From NCBI GenBank assembly GCA_020137815.1, contig CM035357.1:7812001-7876000 (forward strand): a DNA stretch of 64,000 bases, written 5' to 3'. The position numbers and the translations under genes are program-made. Numbering within the stretch: the stretch's first letter is position 1; each line of letters begins with the position of its first letter. The notes under the pieces were generated by a model. That model saw nothing but the letters and a program-made list of their open reading frames with translations, made no database searches and was not told where the DNA came from. This document shows positions 1 to 13,100 of the stretch, in pieces. The stretch comes from Hormiphora californensis. Lineage: Eukaryota; Animalia; Ctenophora.

Positions 1-122
1 CCACATATACCTCCTCGTGTGGCATGTCAACCACATGAAAAAAGTTTTAAAAAGTTGAATCTATCTAAAACTAGTATGGTAACAAATCAATATTACTTGA
101 TGGTAGAGCGGAGATAGAGGTC

Positions 123-3100
123 ACTTGGTTGGTAGTCACTGAACTACACTCAGCCAAACACTTGCTTTCTCCCTTATCAAAGATACAACTAGCACAGCGC
201 TCGTAGTCTTCACATGTAGTGCAGATCTGGATAGGGATATGAAAGGTCACACGAGGGGTTTCATTAGAAAAACGATAGAAAGAAGATACGTACGGTGCAT
301 TTGGTGCAGAGTTTCCCTTTCCATCCATCATTGCAGGTACATGTACCACGTACACAGGTACCATGACCACCACACGTCTTCCTTTCACCCTACATAACAG
401 TACGTGTTAGTTTTAAAGAACTAGAGAACCCGTCAACATGTTAGATTGAAAGATGTTTTACAAAATGGAGCTATCAAGATAGCCACTTTAATACTTTATT
501 TACTCACATCGACAACAGAGAGACAGGCATCATTAGAGTATTGGCACGCCTCCCCTGTATATGTCCCATAACATACACACTTCTCTTTCACACACGTTCC
601 TGAGAGGAAACAATATAGCAACATATAGTTATTGACTAGCCGATCTCGTTTCATAATTCGAACTTTCATCACTATGAACCATGGACCTCACCTCGATCAG
701 AACAAGCTTCAACCTTGAAACTATCACCATATCTAACTATCCCCTTGGGACAGTTTAGATGGTCGTACTGACAGTACTTTCCATACGACTGAAACAAAGG
801 ATTGTTAGATCTACTACTTCATAAAACTTTATGGTAACCATGGTAACCATGCTACTTACAAACGGTTGACATTTGCACTTTCCACACTGGCATTCTCCAC
901 GGTTAGAGCACTCCGGCTTGGCATTAGGACTCCGACTCTTTGGGTTGATACATTGGGTAAGAAGGCCATGGCTGCCCATTGCGCATCCACACTTATCACC
1001 TACCCAACCTGTATGAGGAGAGACCTGTATCAGCTATCTGGGACCTGTCAGGCCATTGCTCTGACCGCGGTTCAGGCCAATGCTCTGGTCATATAGTCTA
1101 GGGACCCGGGGGGTCAGGGATGGATCACATACCTTCATTACAGAAGCATGCCCCACCCTGATATGATCCATTACCATTACACTTTGTACTGTCAGGCTCC
1201 ACTGGGAGATCTATAGTGCACATCGTCTCCAGCTGAGGAGGGGAGAAAGAAAGGGTAGAGTGAGGGGGAAGGGGAAGAGGGTTCGTGAAGGGGGGGGAAG
1301 AGGGTGGAGTGAGGGGGGTCTCTTTATAGTTGGCCCTATTGAAGTTTGATGCAGAAGTGCGTTTTAGGAAGTCGTGAGTTACGGCTGGCCTGATAATAGA
1401 AACACCTTGAGGTTTAGGTCACGCTTGTGTATTAAAAACAGAGTACAAGTCGTGCCCTAGGAGACAGAGGGAGAATTAGAGATGGATAGGAGAAAGAGAG
1501 AACGTGGGAGAGAGAATGATAGAATAGTAGAACTATGATCCCACGTATCGTGACTACTATTGGCCGTGATGCGTGACTGTACAACGCTCACGCAGCGTAC
1601 TGCAGTTTGGATCATCAGCGCGTGGAGTTGCTTTCTCTCAGGACTGTGTGAGAGAGAGCTAATGGGTATATGACAAAGAGAGAGGGAGAGAGGAGGGGAG
1701 GGCACAGTCACAGCTTGTACGGCAGATTCTATCTGTGCAGCTGTGATCTGTTAGCTAGCTATAGGTTTTACATATCATGCAGCTTAAGTGGTATCATTTA
1801 GATCACGGCATCACGCCTATTATAAGATGGGAGAGAAGAGGAGAGCTATAGAAAGACGGCATTCATTTTATTCATCGGGTGACATATTACCAATCTGTAA
1901 CTGGAGACATTATTATGCAAAATGCCAAAATATCCAAAGTGACGTTATTGAATTCAATGTATCTAACTTGTACTTGTCAACTACAAACCTCAACGCCAAG
2001 TTGTCCATAAGCAGGGAAGTTGAGAAGGATATCACCCCGTGTATTATTTAGACATCTATCTGCACACACTGTTACTTGATAGGTCAGCTCAGTACCCGCA
2101 GCTACATTCTCACACCTGGGAGAGGAGGGATGGGGTGGGTTACTAAGTTGAAAAATATCGCTTTCGAACATTATGTCTGGTATTCAGTGGGTAATTATCT
2201 ACTGATATCCGGAGTTTCAGCCCAAACGGTTGAGCCACTAAAAGTCGCAAGCCACTTTTGTGACCCTTGTTTTCGGTGAAAAATCGGAAAAATCGAGAAA
2301 AAATTTTAAAATTTTAAAATTTCAAAACATGGAAATTAGTCCTTAGAACATCCCAATACACGTGCAAGACTTAAAAATTGTGTATTCAAAAATTTTCAAC
2401 TTAGCAACCCCTGGTTACTGGTTATTGACTTGTTGAGCAATAGCTGGAGTCAGTGGGATGGGCTTGTGGGATGTAACGTGACCTTTTGAGAACAATATAA
2501 TGGGGTGACATGGTACACACTCCCTATCTAGAAAGGAGATGTATATTGACAAGCTTTATACCTTGCGGATGAATCAGCGGTTGGGTAGCAGGTATAGTTC
2601 ACACTGACCCCCTCAGGGATTATAACTTGGTTCATAGTGGGGAACTCAACCAGCTCCTTGTAGTATTCTTCTAGCTTGAGATCCAGAGAACCAAGATCTC
2701 CAATACCGAATATCTGAACAACGAGGGGGGGGGGTGAACATGTTTGTAAACCCTCTCTCTAATCCTAATAATTACAGAAACCCTCTCTCTAATCAACACA
2801 CCTTTGCTCCAGGTATCATCTCTTTGATCATATCTGTGTTAACTTTGACCCCTGCTACAAATACAGGTATGGTGTTGTTCTGTAAGAGCTGGTTAGCAAC
2901 GTCAACCAGGGTCGGATAGTCCGTGGTGAAGGTGTACTTCCGTGTGTTACCTGGGAGGAAGGGAGGAGTTGGGATTAATGGTTTGTTCAAAACGGGGCGA
3001 GGAGAGAGGGTCCAGCAAGGAAAGTAATGTCTGCAACTTAATTTGAATTTTGAATCGAGGGGCACTTTGACAAACCAAATTCTTGGTAAATAATATTTCT

Positions 3101-4170
3101 AGCTGTATCTGTACCTGTGTTACACTTCTTATCAAATGGTTCAACCATCCCTGCTAGCTGTCCGTCCCCACCCACTCTGGGGTCCGAGGAAAGGACCACC
3201 AGGACCATTTTGTTACTAGCATACCTCCATCCAAATTGATCACATGCCTGGGGAATATGATGGTGTTACCATGGTTACCATGGGTTGCTATGGTAACTAA
3301 CTGTACCGGAAACAGGTACTAACAGATACTGACAGACATGTCTACAATGACTGACTGACAATAGGAATGCAATGATATCAACTGACCACAACACGATGAC
3401 AGACGCTATGACGAGGTTGCAATGTCGTTCTGCCCTACGGGGCAGAGTTTGGCACGCCATAACCTATCTGCACCACCACCACCACCACCACATGTCTAGA
3501 TTTACAGCCCTGTACTTACCAGACTCTGATAGATAGCATCCATAGCGGAATTCCCCTCATCGAACTTGTTAGTTGTATTGGTTACCATGGTATCCAAGAT
3601 GCTCTCATAAATCTTGTCATTGTTATCCAGATAGTTCAGCATCTTGAACGCGTAACTCTCCCCGCACGTCCCTTCACTAAGACACGTGTTCTCTGTCCCA
3701 TTGCCCCACTCAACCACAAATGGGGTGATATCACGGTCTGCAAAGGCCCCATACCCAAAGTTGGTCGTATTAGCCAGGCCTCCCATAGCAATAACAATAT
3801 CTTTAATGGCCGCATTGAATTTAGTTCGCAGGGTGGATGGAGTCTGTTGCTGCAGGATCATCAGATCTATTGGGTAGTTGGGTGTTGCACGTGCAAGTGT
3901 GGGTATAGTGGTGCACTGTCCGGGTCTCATTTTAGCCTTGACCTTCATAGGGGTGATCTGTGTTGCCTTATAGTACCCACTACCCACAAACACATTCTCG
4001 ATAACTTGCTGAGATGGCTGGTAGTTGATCAGGTTACTGCACCCTTCTGTTAGGGTACTGTAATATGTGAGACATCTATAGTTATCCCAATCATCATCAG
4101 CACACCACGCACACTCACTACCCCGTCCCATACATCCATTACCACTCTCTGCGTCCCAACACAAATCATA
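123..4170 (-). CDS. Integrin beta-type ectodomain portion of the giant gene (PSI, hybrid, beta-I, I-EGF1-4, beta-tail)
   Basis: PSI: CMGRGSECAWC..RC..GCSNLI. Hybrid entry: TQITPMKVKAKMRPG. beta-I: NYPIDLMIL, NFGYGAFAD, AMDAIYQSL, DYPTL. Then RCENVAAGTELTYQVTV; I-EGF exons KCNGNGSYQGGACFCNEGWVGDKCGC, ECSNRGECQCGKCKC..YGKYCQYD, CSDRGTCVKEKCVC..YTGEAC, CGGHGTCVRGTCTCNDGWKG; beta-tail CEDYERCASC. The order matches integrin beta subunits. Confidence 0.9.
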
Positions 4171-7100
4171 GCCAACATCCTGGAGGTTCTTAACAGCTCC
4201 CTCCACCACTATATCATAGCTGATCTCATCGACACTACCATCTGTGTAGGTCACCACTACGAAGTAATTCCCGGAATCAGTCTTCTGTAGGTTCCCAATT
4301 TCCAGGAATGTACCACCCTGTTTTATGTAGTACCTACCATCCTGCGATGTGATCTGATACCTGACACCGTCTATTGTATAGTACCACTGGATCTGATCTC
4401 CTGGGTTTATAGAGAACGGGATGATCAGCTCAATGTTACCATCTTCAGTGGCCTCGCACACAGAGTGACTTGTAGCCTCCACATAGGAACATTTATCACC
4501 CGTCTTCTCTTCTTCCTCTTCCTCATCATCCTTTCCTCCTCCTTCAAGGTCAGGACGGTTAATACCACCACCACCACCACTGCTGCTAACCTCGACCTTC
4601 CAAGGATAGGTGATCACATAGTTCTCGTTGGATGTGTAGGTGACCTGTCCGTAGTACGTATCCCCATCACCCCTACTAACACTACTGATCACCAGCACCC
4701 CATCCTCTAGTTTGTACTTGTACCCGTCTATCTTAACAAACTGTTTAGCACCGTTAAGTATGGTATACCACAGAACTTGTTTCCACCCTGTGTACAGCCC
4801 AACAGATACCTGACACTCTTTATCAGTAGTACATTGCTTAGTTTGAAGGACTGGTTGGGGGATGACCGTGACATTAACAATTGAAGATGTTGTGACTCCT
4901 GTTGAAGGGTCAAGGTAAACCCCGTGGTACTGACCAGCGTCACTCTTCTGCAGGTTCACGAATGTGAGTGATCCATAGGTCTGTTGTAGGTAGAGGAACA
5001 CTTATTCTCAATAGGAGCCGAGGGACTGTGTGGTTGGGTCTTGTTTCAGCCAGGATAGCGGGGCAGGGATATCTAGACCACTGGATACTGTCAGAGGATT
5101 ATCCTTCATACCATACATACAACAGGGATAGTTCAAGAGGGTATACCCTGTATGTGTATGTGACTTCTTCCCCTGTAGTAGTTGTTAGCTTTGCGTAGTA
5201 ACTACCAGCATCATCCTCACCAAGGTTCTTTATAACTAGATTAGAGCCAGGTAACTCAAACTTAGTATTGGCTGAGACTTTGTCTGTCAGAGTGAACTGG
5301 TACCATCTGATCTTCTTTATCCTCTCATCAGGGGACAGTTGGACAGTGCTCCCTACAACCCGATACACAAACACAGTGACAGATCTGGAGAGGCTCTGCT
5401 CCGGACATGACTCTATACACACTCCCTCTACCAGGAAAGGGATGGACTCTGGGGACAGGCACAGGTTTTAGGTTGGCAGCTAGTGAAGGTATTAGAGTCC
5501 ACTGTCTCGGGGCAGGTTCGTGTCCTGGGTGCACAGTACTCATAGTACTCCTGGTTAGTGGGACATGTGATAGGTGTAGCATCAATACATGTGTCATAGC
5601 TGACACACCACCCATCAGTGTTTAGATAGGGTTTACTAGAGGGGCACCCACAGACATCAGTTAGACATGATGAGGGACATGGTACCCCCATATCAGTACA
5701 CGTGGTGTTACACAGTGCACACTCGTTAGTGTATAGCACCATATTAGTGTCACCACCACACCCTCCACTGGGGCAGTCCTCCCGGGTAATACACCGACCA
5801 CTATACTCAATAGGGGCCTCAGTAGGGCACCCACACACATTCCTCCTGCACTCACAACTGGATACAGCCCCACCCTCACAGCTCTCCTGACAAGGTGCAC
5901 ACGTGGTAGGGCCGTGATACACGTACCCCTCCACCCCATACTGTGCACAGGGGTCTGCAGTGTTAGCAGGGCAGGCTGCACGTGCAATACACTCCCCGTT
6001 ATGGAAGACAGGGGTCTCAGCGGGACATGCACATACACCCTTCCTGCATTCAAAAAGGCAGATTTGGTTGGAACATGTCTCCTGGCAGGGTGCACAGGAT
6101 GTGTCGTAGTATCTCATGGTGGCGGGACAAAGACGAGGTGAACCAGCACCCAGTACTATCAGTTGGAATATGAAACTCTCGTCCCTCCTGCCCTCCGTGA
6201 AGTAGATATTGACCCTGGTGGGGGGAGTGAGCTTAACTTGTAGTGAATATAATCTAAAACTATTATGGGAGGGATGGTGGGATATTAGTGAACTCGAGGC
6301 GAGAAACCAGTGATATAAACTAAACCCTGGCCATCAATAACGAACCTATAATAATATCCCTGAGTCCAGGCCTCTAGTTACCATGGTAACCACTAACCTG
6401 TAATAACCCTGATCCAGTTCAACAAGTTCCTGTTTAAACAACTCTCGTGTAGTATAGGATGGTAGCTGAATACTGGTTGTGCTGTTGAAGTAGGTCCAAG
6501 TGTAGAAAAGGGAGTTGGGTTTATTGTTTACTGACAGGGTCAGGTTCTGTCCCTCGTATCCTGTGTGGAATGTACGGATGATAGGGGTGGGAAAGGGGAA
6601 GAGGGTTTGGTTTGTTGTGGCTAACTAGACATGATCTGCGAGGAGTTTCGGGAGGGAAACAGACTACAGAGGATCTCAGAATCATATTCAAATCATGGTA
6701 GGTCTCATTAATTTGTAAAAAGAGATGAAAACATCCGTAATCACTGGATCAGAGACAGTGAAAGTAGTTCTCCCACACATTGTGGCGACAGTGTAATTTT
6801 AACTGCTGACATGACAGCAAGCAGTGCAGTAAGCAGTGCAGTAAGTGCATGTTTTTGACAGTTGATTGAATTAACTCATCATCTCGTGAATGAGAAACAG
6901 AATAAACACAGTTTTGTTTGGTTTTTTAGTTTGTAAAGCATTAATAGTTGTTCTGATTTAGAACTCGAATCTCTAACCGCAGAGCGTGGAGTGATTAGGC
7001 TTGCTGAGATAGATTTACCTACACCTAATTCTAATTCTGTTTTTCAGCATTTCTGATATGGTCAGCAAGTTATCTAAAATAAAGCGCATGATGGGATGGA

Positions 7101-10100
7101 AACAGAAAGTCAAGAAGCCATTTATTGTTATGATCGGTGATGTTGGTACCGGTAAATCTACCATCGTTGAAAAGATAGCCGAACAATCGGGACGAAGTGG
7201 TGATGCTACTTTCAGTCTTACTACCCAAAGTGAGATATTCTGGAGCTATGATGGCTCTATGATAATAGCGGACACCCCGGGCTGTAATGCAATACAAGAC
7301 CCCTTCACACATAACCAATGGGTTGCCAGCGCTATAAACTTTGCTCCTGTTTCCAAGATCTTCATCATTGTTAAAGCCGAGACCAGGATAGATAGCGTGG
7401 TCTCTAAGGTGCTTCAGTACAACTCTAAGCTGCTGGAGATTCCTGAAGAGTTAGTGGGTGTCCTAGTATCTCACATGGATACTGTTAAATATATTGACAA
7501 GCAACTGAAAGATAATATCCTGGAATTTTGCCAGATAAAAGACGTAGTTTTGACGAGTAAGGATGAGGCACGTCATCTCTTACTGAGAAATCTCAAGAAA
7601 ATGAGCGAGAAAACGAAACCGATAGACTTTCAAATTGACGGAGAATCATTTCTCAAGATATTCCGGGTGGAGCCGAGAGAGAGGAGAGCACTGGCCGCTA
7701 TTGACAGGCGAGTTGACCACTTTCTAACTATGAAGGAGGATTTCGATAGCAACATTATACCGGCATACCAGGGTAAAGATCTGATAGATGTCCTCTTTGC
7801 ATTCCAAGCCTGGATGGCTGATATATTGGCTAAGATGCAGAGTGATATGTGTGTGGAGCTGGGTTATGACGCCACTTTCTCAGGTCCTAACGGCAACACA
7901 GAGGCGGCACATTGTGCAATGTTAGCTAACAGACTCCGTGTTATAATGTTTGAAATCAGGAAACTAACAGCCCATCACGCCCAGAGGAGTGCCGTGGATG
8001 CCAGGGCGTGTAATCACTGTGGGTTTGTGTGGGTGAAGGTGGAAGGGTGCGAGGGGGCTACAATCTGTGGTAATAAATCTGGAGATCTGCCAACACCAGT
8101 TGATGTGAGGAACACTGCTTTTACCACTGTTGGAAGGTTCAAATTCAACTGGAACTCTGTTAAACTGTTGATAGAGAGGACTACCAACACTGAGGTACAA
8201 CTCCAGGCCACCGCAGGGAAGGACAGGGTGGGGTGTGGGAGAACAATAACCTGGTGCAACATGCCCAGAGTCAACACATTAGATCTAGAGGATGAGAGTC
8301 AGGCACCTCGACAGGATGGGAGTGAGGTCCTTCCCAAGTGTGATGGGTACAAAGATAAGTTGGAGTTAGAGATAGAGGCTAAAACTGAGAAGTTACAGTT
8401 GTCAGATAGTAAACCTGGACCTAGCAAGTAATGTATGGATATATCTAGATCATAGCAGTGACTGACCTTCATCATGGCAATAATCTATGGACGAAAGAAA
8501 CCACCTTCAAAAACAGCCCAACCCCCCCCCACTCAATTACCTATGACGATGGCATCCCCACCGGGAAGGAAGTTGACTTGAAGGTAGGTCACATAGTATC
8601 TGATAGAGTCAGGGTAGATCAGCTGAGCAATGTAGTAGCCTTGTTCGTGTAGTTGCACACCATACAACTCCAGGGAGTCTACACCAAACTGAGGGAGGGG
8701 AAGATCACAGTGTCAGAGCCGTAGTGGAATACAGTGTCAAAATAAGTTTTGTTGCGGGTTTATTGTCGTCGCGTTAATGAGCTTTGAAATAATATTTTAT
8801 TATATTTTGTTAATTGACTGTTGATTTTCCACAAACGCATTTCCAATTTTCAGGACAGAATAGGTTCCTATTACCTGAAGCCTTGGAGTTTCCTTTGTAA
8901 GACGTACAAACAACCCCCGATCACTGTTCCTCTTATAATGCCAACTAACACTTGTGTAACCCTTGGGCATGTCTTTGAACCTGAAATATTAGAATAATGA
9001 GTCAGACTAGGCGAAATCAAAAGGGCTTAATCACCATTTGCATTTGAAGTGAATGTCAAGGAAGAAACCCAGATGTACATTGTACCCTAAAAAGTTTCTC
9101 CCTATCCCATACCTGATAACTACATCATAGTTCACATAAGACTCCAAGACCCTGAAGGGGGATGGCAGCCGATCCACAGTCACCCTGTATACATGTCTAA
9201 ACGTCTGTAGATCAGTTTCAACTTCTGCTTCATACACCCCCGCATCACCAAGTGTAACCCGTGTGAACACCAGGGAGGTGGCAGTAGGGAGGATAGTTCC
9301 ATTATTATCACCGGATAGTTTAGATCTCACCCCTGATTGGGACACCCTGTACCAGGTAGTGGTTGTAGTTGTGGGTTCAGGGAGGACCAAATCCACCTCC
9401 TGGTCCTCTATCACGTTCATAGTGTACTCCTTAACTACTTGTGTCTAGAGAGAGGGAGGCATGTTAGAGGGGTATGTTAGAATGTTAGGTGAGGTAGAAA
9501 CAATAACTATTTTTCAGTCATTGGGCATGGATGATATGATTCAGGAGAAGGGATAAAAAGAAGGGGAGAAATATATGGCGGTCGGCGGATCATAGAGTGA
9601 GAAAATAAAATGGTGCCATTTTCATTTTCAAGAAAAGTATAAATGGTACCCACTTAAGAAGTTTAATGAAAGTTAAATGGGTAGGAGAAAAAGAAAGAGG
9701 TCAACTCTAAAACTCATTAGAAGAAGGTAGAAAAAAGAAGAAACAGCAACAAAATGGAGCATTCAGAGATTTCATGCAGCACAGGTCATAGCCCCAACTC
9801 ACATCTTCAACAAATATCTGGAAGGCATGTTCAGACTGCTGCTGGGATCCAGGGTATTGTACAATTGCAATGTAGATCCCATCATCAGGTCGGGTAACGG
9901 AACTTATACGAACACTGTACGCATCAACCTGGGGGGGGGGGTAGTTTATTGTGGGGTTAGTGGGATTTGTTAGACTCATCTATGTCAATTGAATAGCCGT
10001 GTGATAGCAGATCTCCCTCTCTGAAATTGTACCTGTGTCACCCTACTCTGGTCCAGATCGAGAGGTCTGAGAAGTCCATTTTGTACTCGATACCACGTCA

Positions 10101-13100
10101 TAGCACTGTACTGAGAAACCTGGGAGAGGGAGAGATGGTAACCATCGAGAAAGGGAAAGATATGGTCAGGAAATAATACAATATGAGTTCTGAAAAACTG
10201 ATCAGAGTACAGTACCTTGGAAATCTCCATAATGACCTGTTCCCCGACCTTGCGTTGGAACTGTTTCAGATCTCTAAGATGAACACCGTTCAGACTCCAG
10301 GTGTACTGGAAGGAGTCCGTCAGGGATATGTAGATACCTGGGGAGAGGTTGGGATATTGGGTCCTGCAAAGGGGTGGGGAGAGAGGGATAGAAAGTGGGT
10401 CCTACAGCAGTAATTAAACAACTAGGAGACATTATTATACTTGGTATGGTATAAATGTAACCCCAGTTACTATAGTTACCCCAGCTGGTTATTCTAGTTA
10501 CCCTAATTACCGGTATCAGAGGGTCGAAGGGTGGAGATGGTTAGGCCGGTACTGGTTGTAGTGAAGCGGTCCCCAGTGAGCTCCTCTAGTGGTAAAGGGG
10601 GTTTCGTGTACTTCAACCAAACCCTGGGGAATTGGATTTTAGAACTTAACATCCAACACACCACTCTCTCCCTATTTACCTTCGGGAAGTGCTGGGTAGA
10701 GATACATCCAAACTAAACACTCCTGTGTAAGTCTGTTGAACAAGAGGTGTCTTGATGCCTGTTATCCGTAGGAAGGTATAAGAATATTGGTCCGTCACCT
10801 ATGAGAAGATTTAATACTATGATGGTTAAAGAATAATTCAGTCTCACCTCGCAGCTTTCAGTCTGCTGCAGTTTATTATTGTGTGCCCAGAACCGCATAG
10901 TCCGGTGAAGATTCAAATATTATATTGTGATCAAAATATGCACCCGCTAAGAAGCAAGATAATATTAACGCTCTTAATTGTATAATGCTACCTTGTGAAC
11001 AATGTAGTAGTCTCCCTGACTAGCGGTTGTTAGAGTTCGCACCGATATCTCGCTTTCATTCTCGATATTATCTTCAAGGAGTAGCATATCTTTCCTGCCC
11101 ACCCTGTACAACTGGTGAATTGCAGGGCTGATAGGGACAGAGAGGGGGAACCCATACACACCATACACTGTCCTTCTAATCACTTCATCTCCAACACCTG
11201 GGGAGGGGTTCAGTTAGTTTGGTCTGGACATGAAACATGCTAAAAAAGAATTGGGTAGCGACTACTTTGTTATGGTGGGCCTAGCTTTGTTAGGGACAGG
11301 GTTGAACAAGGCAACTCACCAGTTAGAATGTAAGTGAGGGTATCCCTGCCCCTCTCTGCTCGATATGTTGCTACTTCACCACCTCCCACAGGCTCCACAC
11401 CCAGGACAGGACCAGGGCCCATGGACTGCCTCCCACCACCTCCCATTACCCGGTACCATTGGGTAACAGTGTTGGTAGTGGTACCAGGTGATATGAGAGA
11501 TAGGGGCATACCAGCAGGCACCCACATCCTTATTGTTGGGTCTCGTACCTGTATCATGTGAGAGGTGGTAGTTACTTATTTTACTGCAGTAGACTCCTGG
11601 CTATACTTATTGGTAACCCTAGTATTTCTAGGTGAACAGCCTCACCAAAAATTGTCTAAACTAGCTGACCTAATTACTGATTAATTAACTAATTAATTAC
11701 CTGGACAGGAACAACCCTCCATCCCGCTAGAGGTGTTTTAATGTTAGCTGGATCATAACACAAGTACACCCCAGCATCAGTATCCTGAAGTTTCTCCAGT
11801 ACCAGAGTCTCTGTATCCCTCCCTCCCACTATACTGGTGGTGTCTGGGAAGGAGTCCAGGATAGCCAGCCAGGACCTGCATGACCGGCCTGTTAGAATGG
11901 TATCCTCACCAATCGGCCGCTCCAACCTCGTCACAGTCGGCAGAGAGGAGTGGATCTGGGGGTGGGGGTCAATTTACCGTAGTACATCATACTATTATTA
12001 AAGCAAATAGGGAAATCCAGTGTAACGTTTTTTACCAAATATGGCATTTTGCACGTGCAGGTTTAGAGGTGGAGTCTACTAGCTGGAGTGGGGCCAGGGG
12101 TGGGGAGCCGTTACCAAGGATCGTTACTATTGTAGTGCAGTTGCACGTGCATCTGATCTTGCTTTGTATTGCGTCACTGTTCCAGCTAATTATATGCTCT
12201 CTTCAACAACTGCTGATATACGACAGCGACAATTTGAGTTACTCATGCAAGATCCGACCGCCGTTCTCTACTTTTCCATACACTGAGGGAGCAGCAACAC
12301 AAGAGAAGTGCAGAGAGAACGAACAAGGCGTTGGAGATTAAACAGAACCGATGATCAATCTCAGAGATTGAGGCAGATGACCACAATCTGACGAAATGCG
12401 AGGAATCTGCAAAATAGTAAGTTCTTTTATCACTTTGATCATCTTCTGGCGTTCTAAAACTCACAGCGATCCCGCCTGGGCTCCTTTTACGTTGCCGTAG
12501 GGATAGTGCATGTCAACAGTTCGACTGGTGATGTCAGTATTTCCTAATCCAGCTACCATTTCCGCGAAATTCGCCCGTAGGGCGAACGGGTTTACTAGTA
12601 ATCAATAATCATGATAATCCTTATTATAATTTGCAAATGCGTGGCGTGGTGATGATGTCGTATCCCACGTGCAAATAGAGGGGGGTTGCCAGGGAGGTGC
12701 CCTGGGAGGGGTATTGGAGATTGTGGGGGGATACTGCACGTGCATGTTGTTTGTTGTTTATTGCGTGTTCCTGTGTTGTTCCTGTGGTGTTTTGGGATCT
12801 ACTGCTGGGACCGCCATGATTGCCAAAGCCTTTCTACCTACGTACCGCGTTGATTCTATACACAGCTACAATTCTACGGATCTTTATCGCCTGATTCTAC
12901 ATGTTATTCAGCGGAATTTCCCTTGATGTTTATCACCAGCGCTCTACAACTTACCAACCTCCGTATTCTTTACCCCGGCATAGAGAGACAAAGAATGAGA
13001 GGGGGGAATAAAGACATAGAGACGGGTGGGGGGGCTGTTGTAAGGCTACAATGGGCTTTCTAGTGTGACAAAATACTTTAAAGGAAATCATACCATAAAT

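Noticed and set aside
4660-4680. RGD tripeptide in an Ig domain (another near 2030) as an integrin ligand site
   Set aside because: It overlaps the structural D-x-G-x-Y position, and an RGD is expected by chance in a protein this long.
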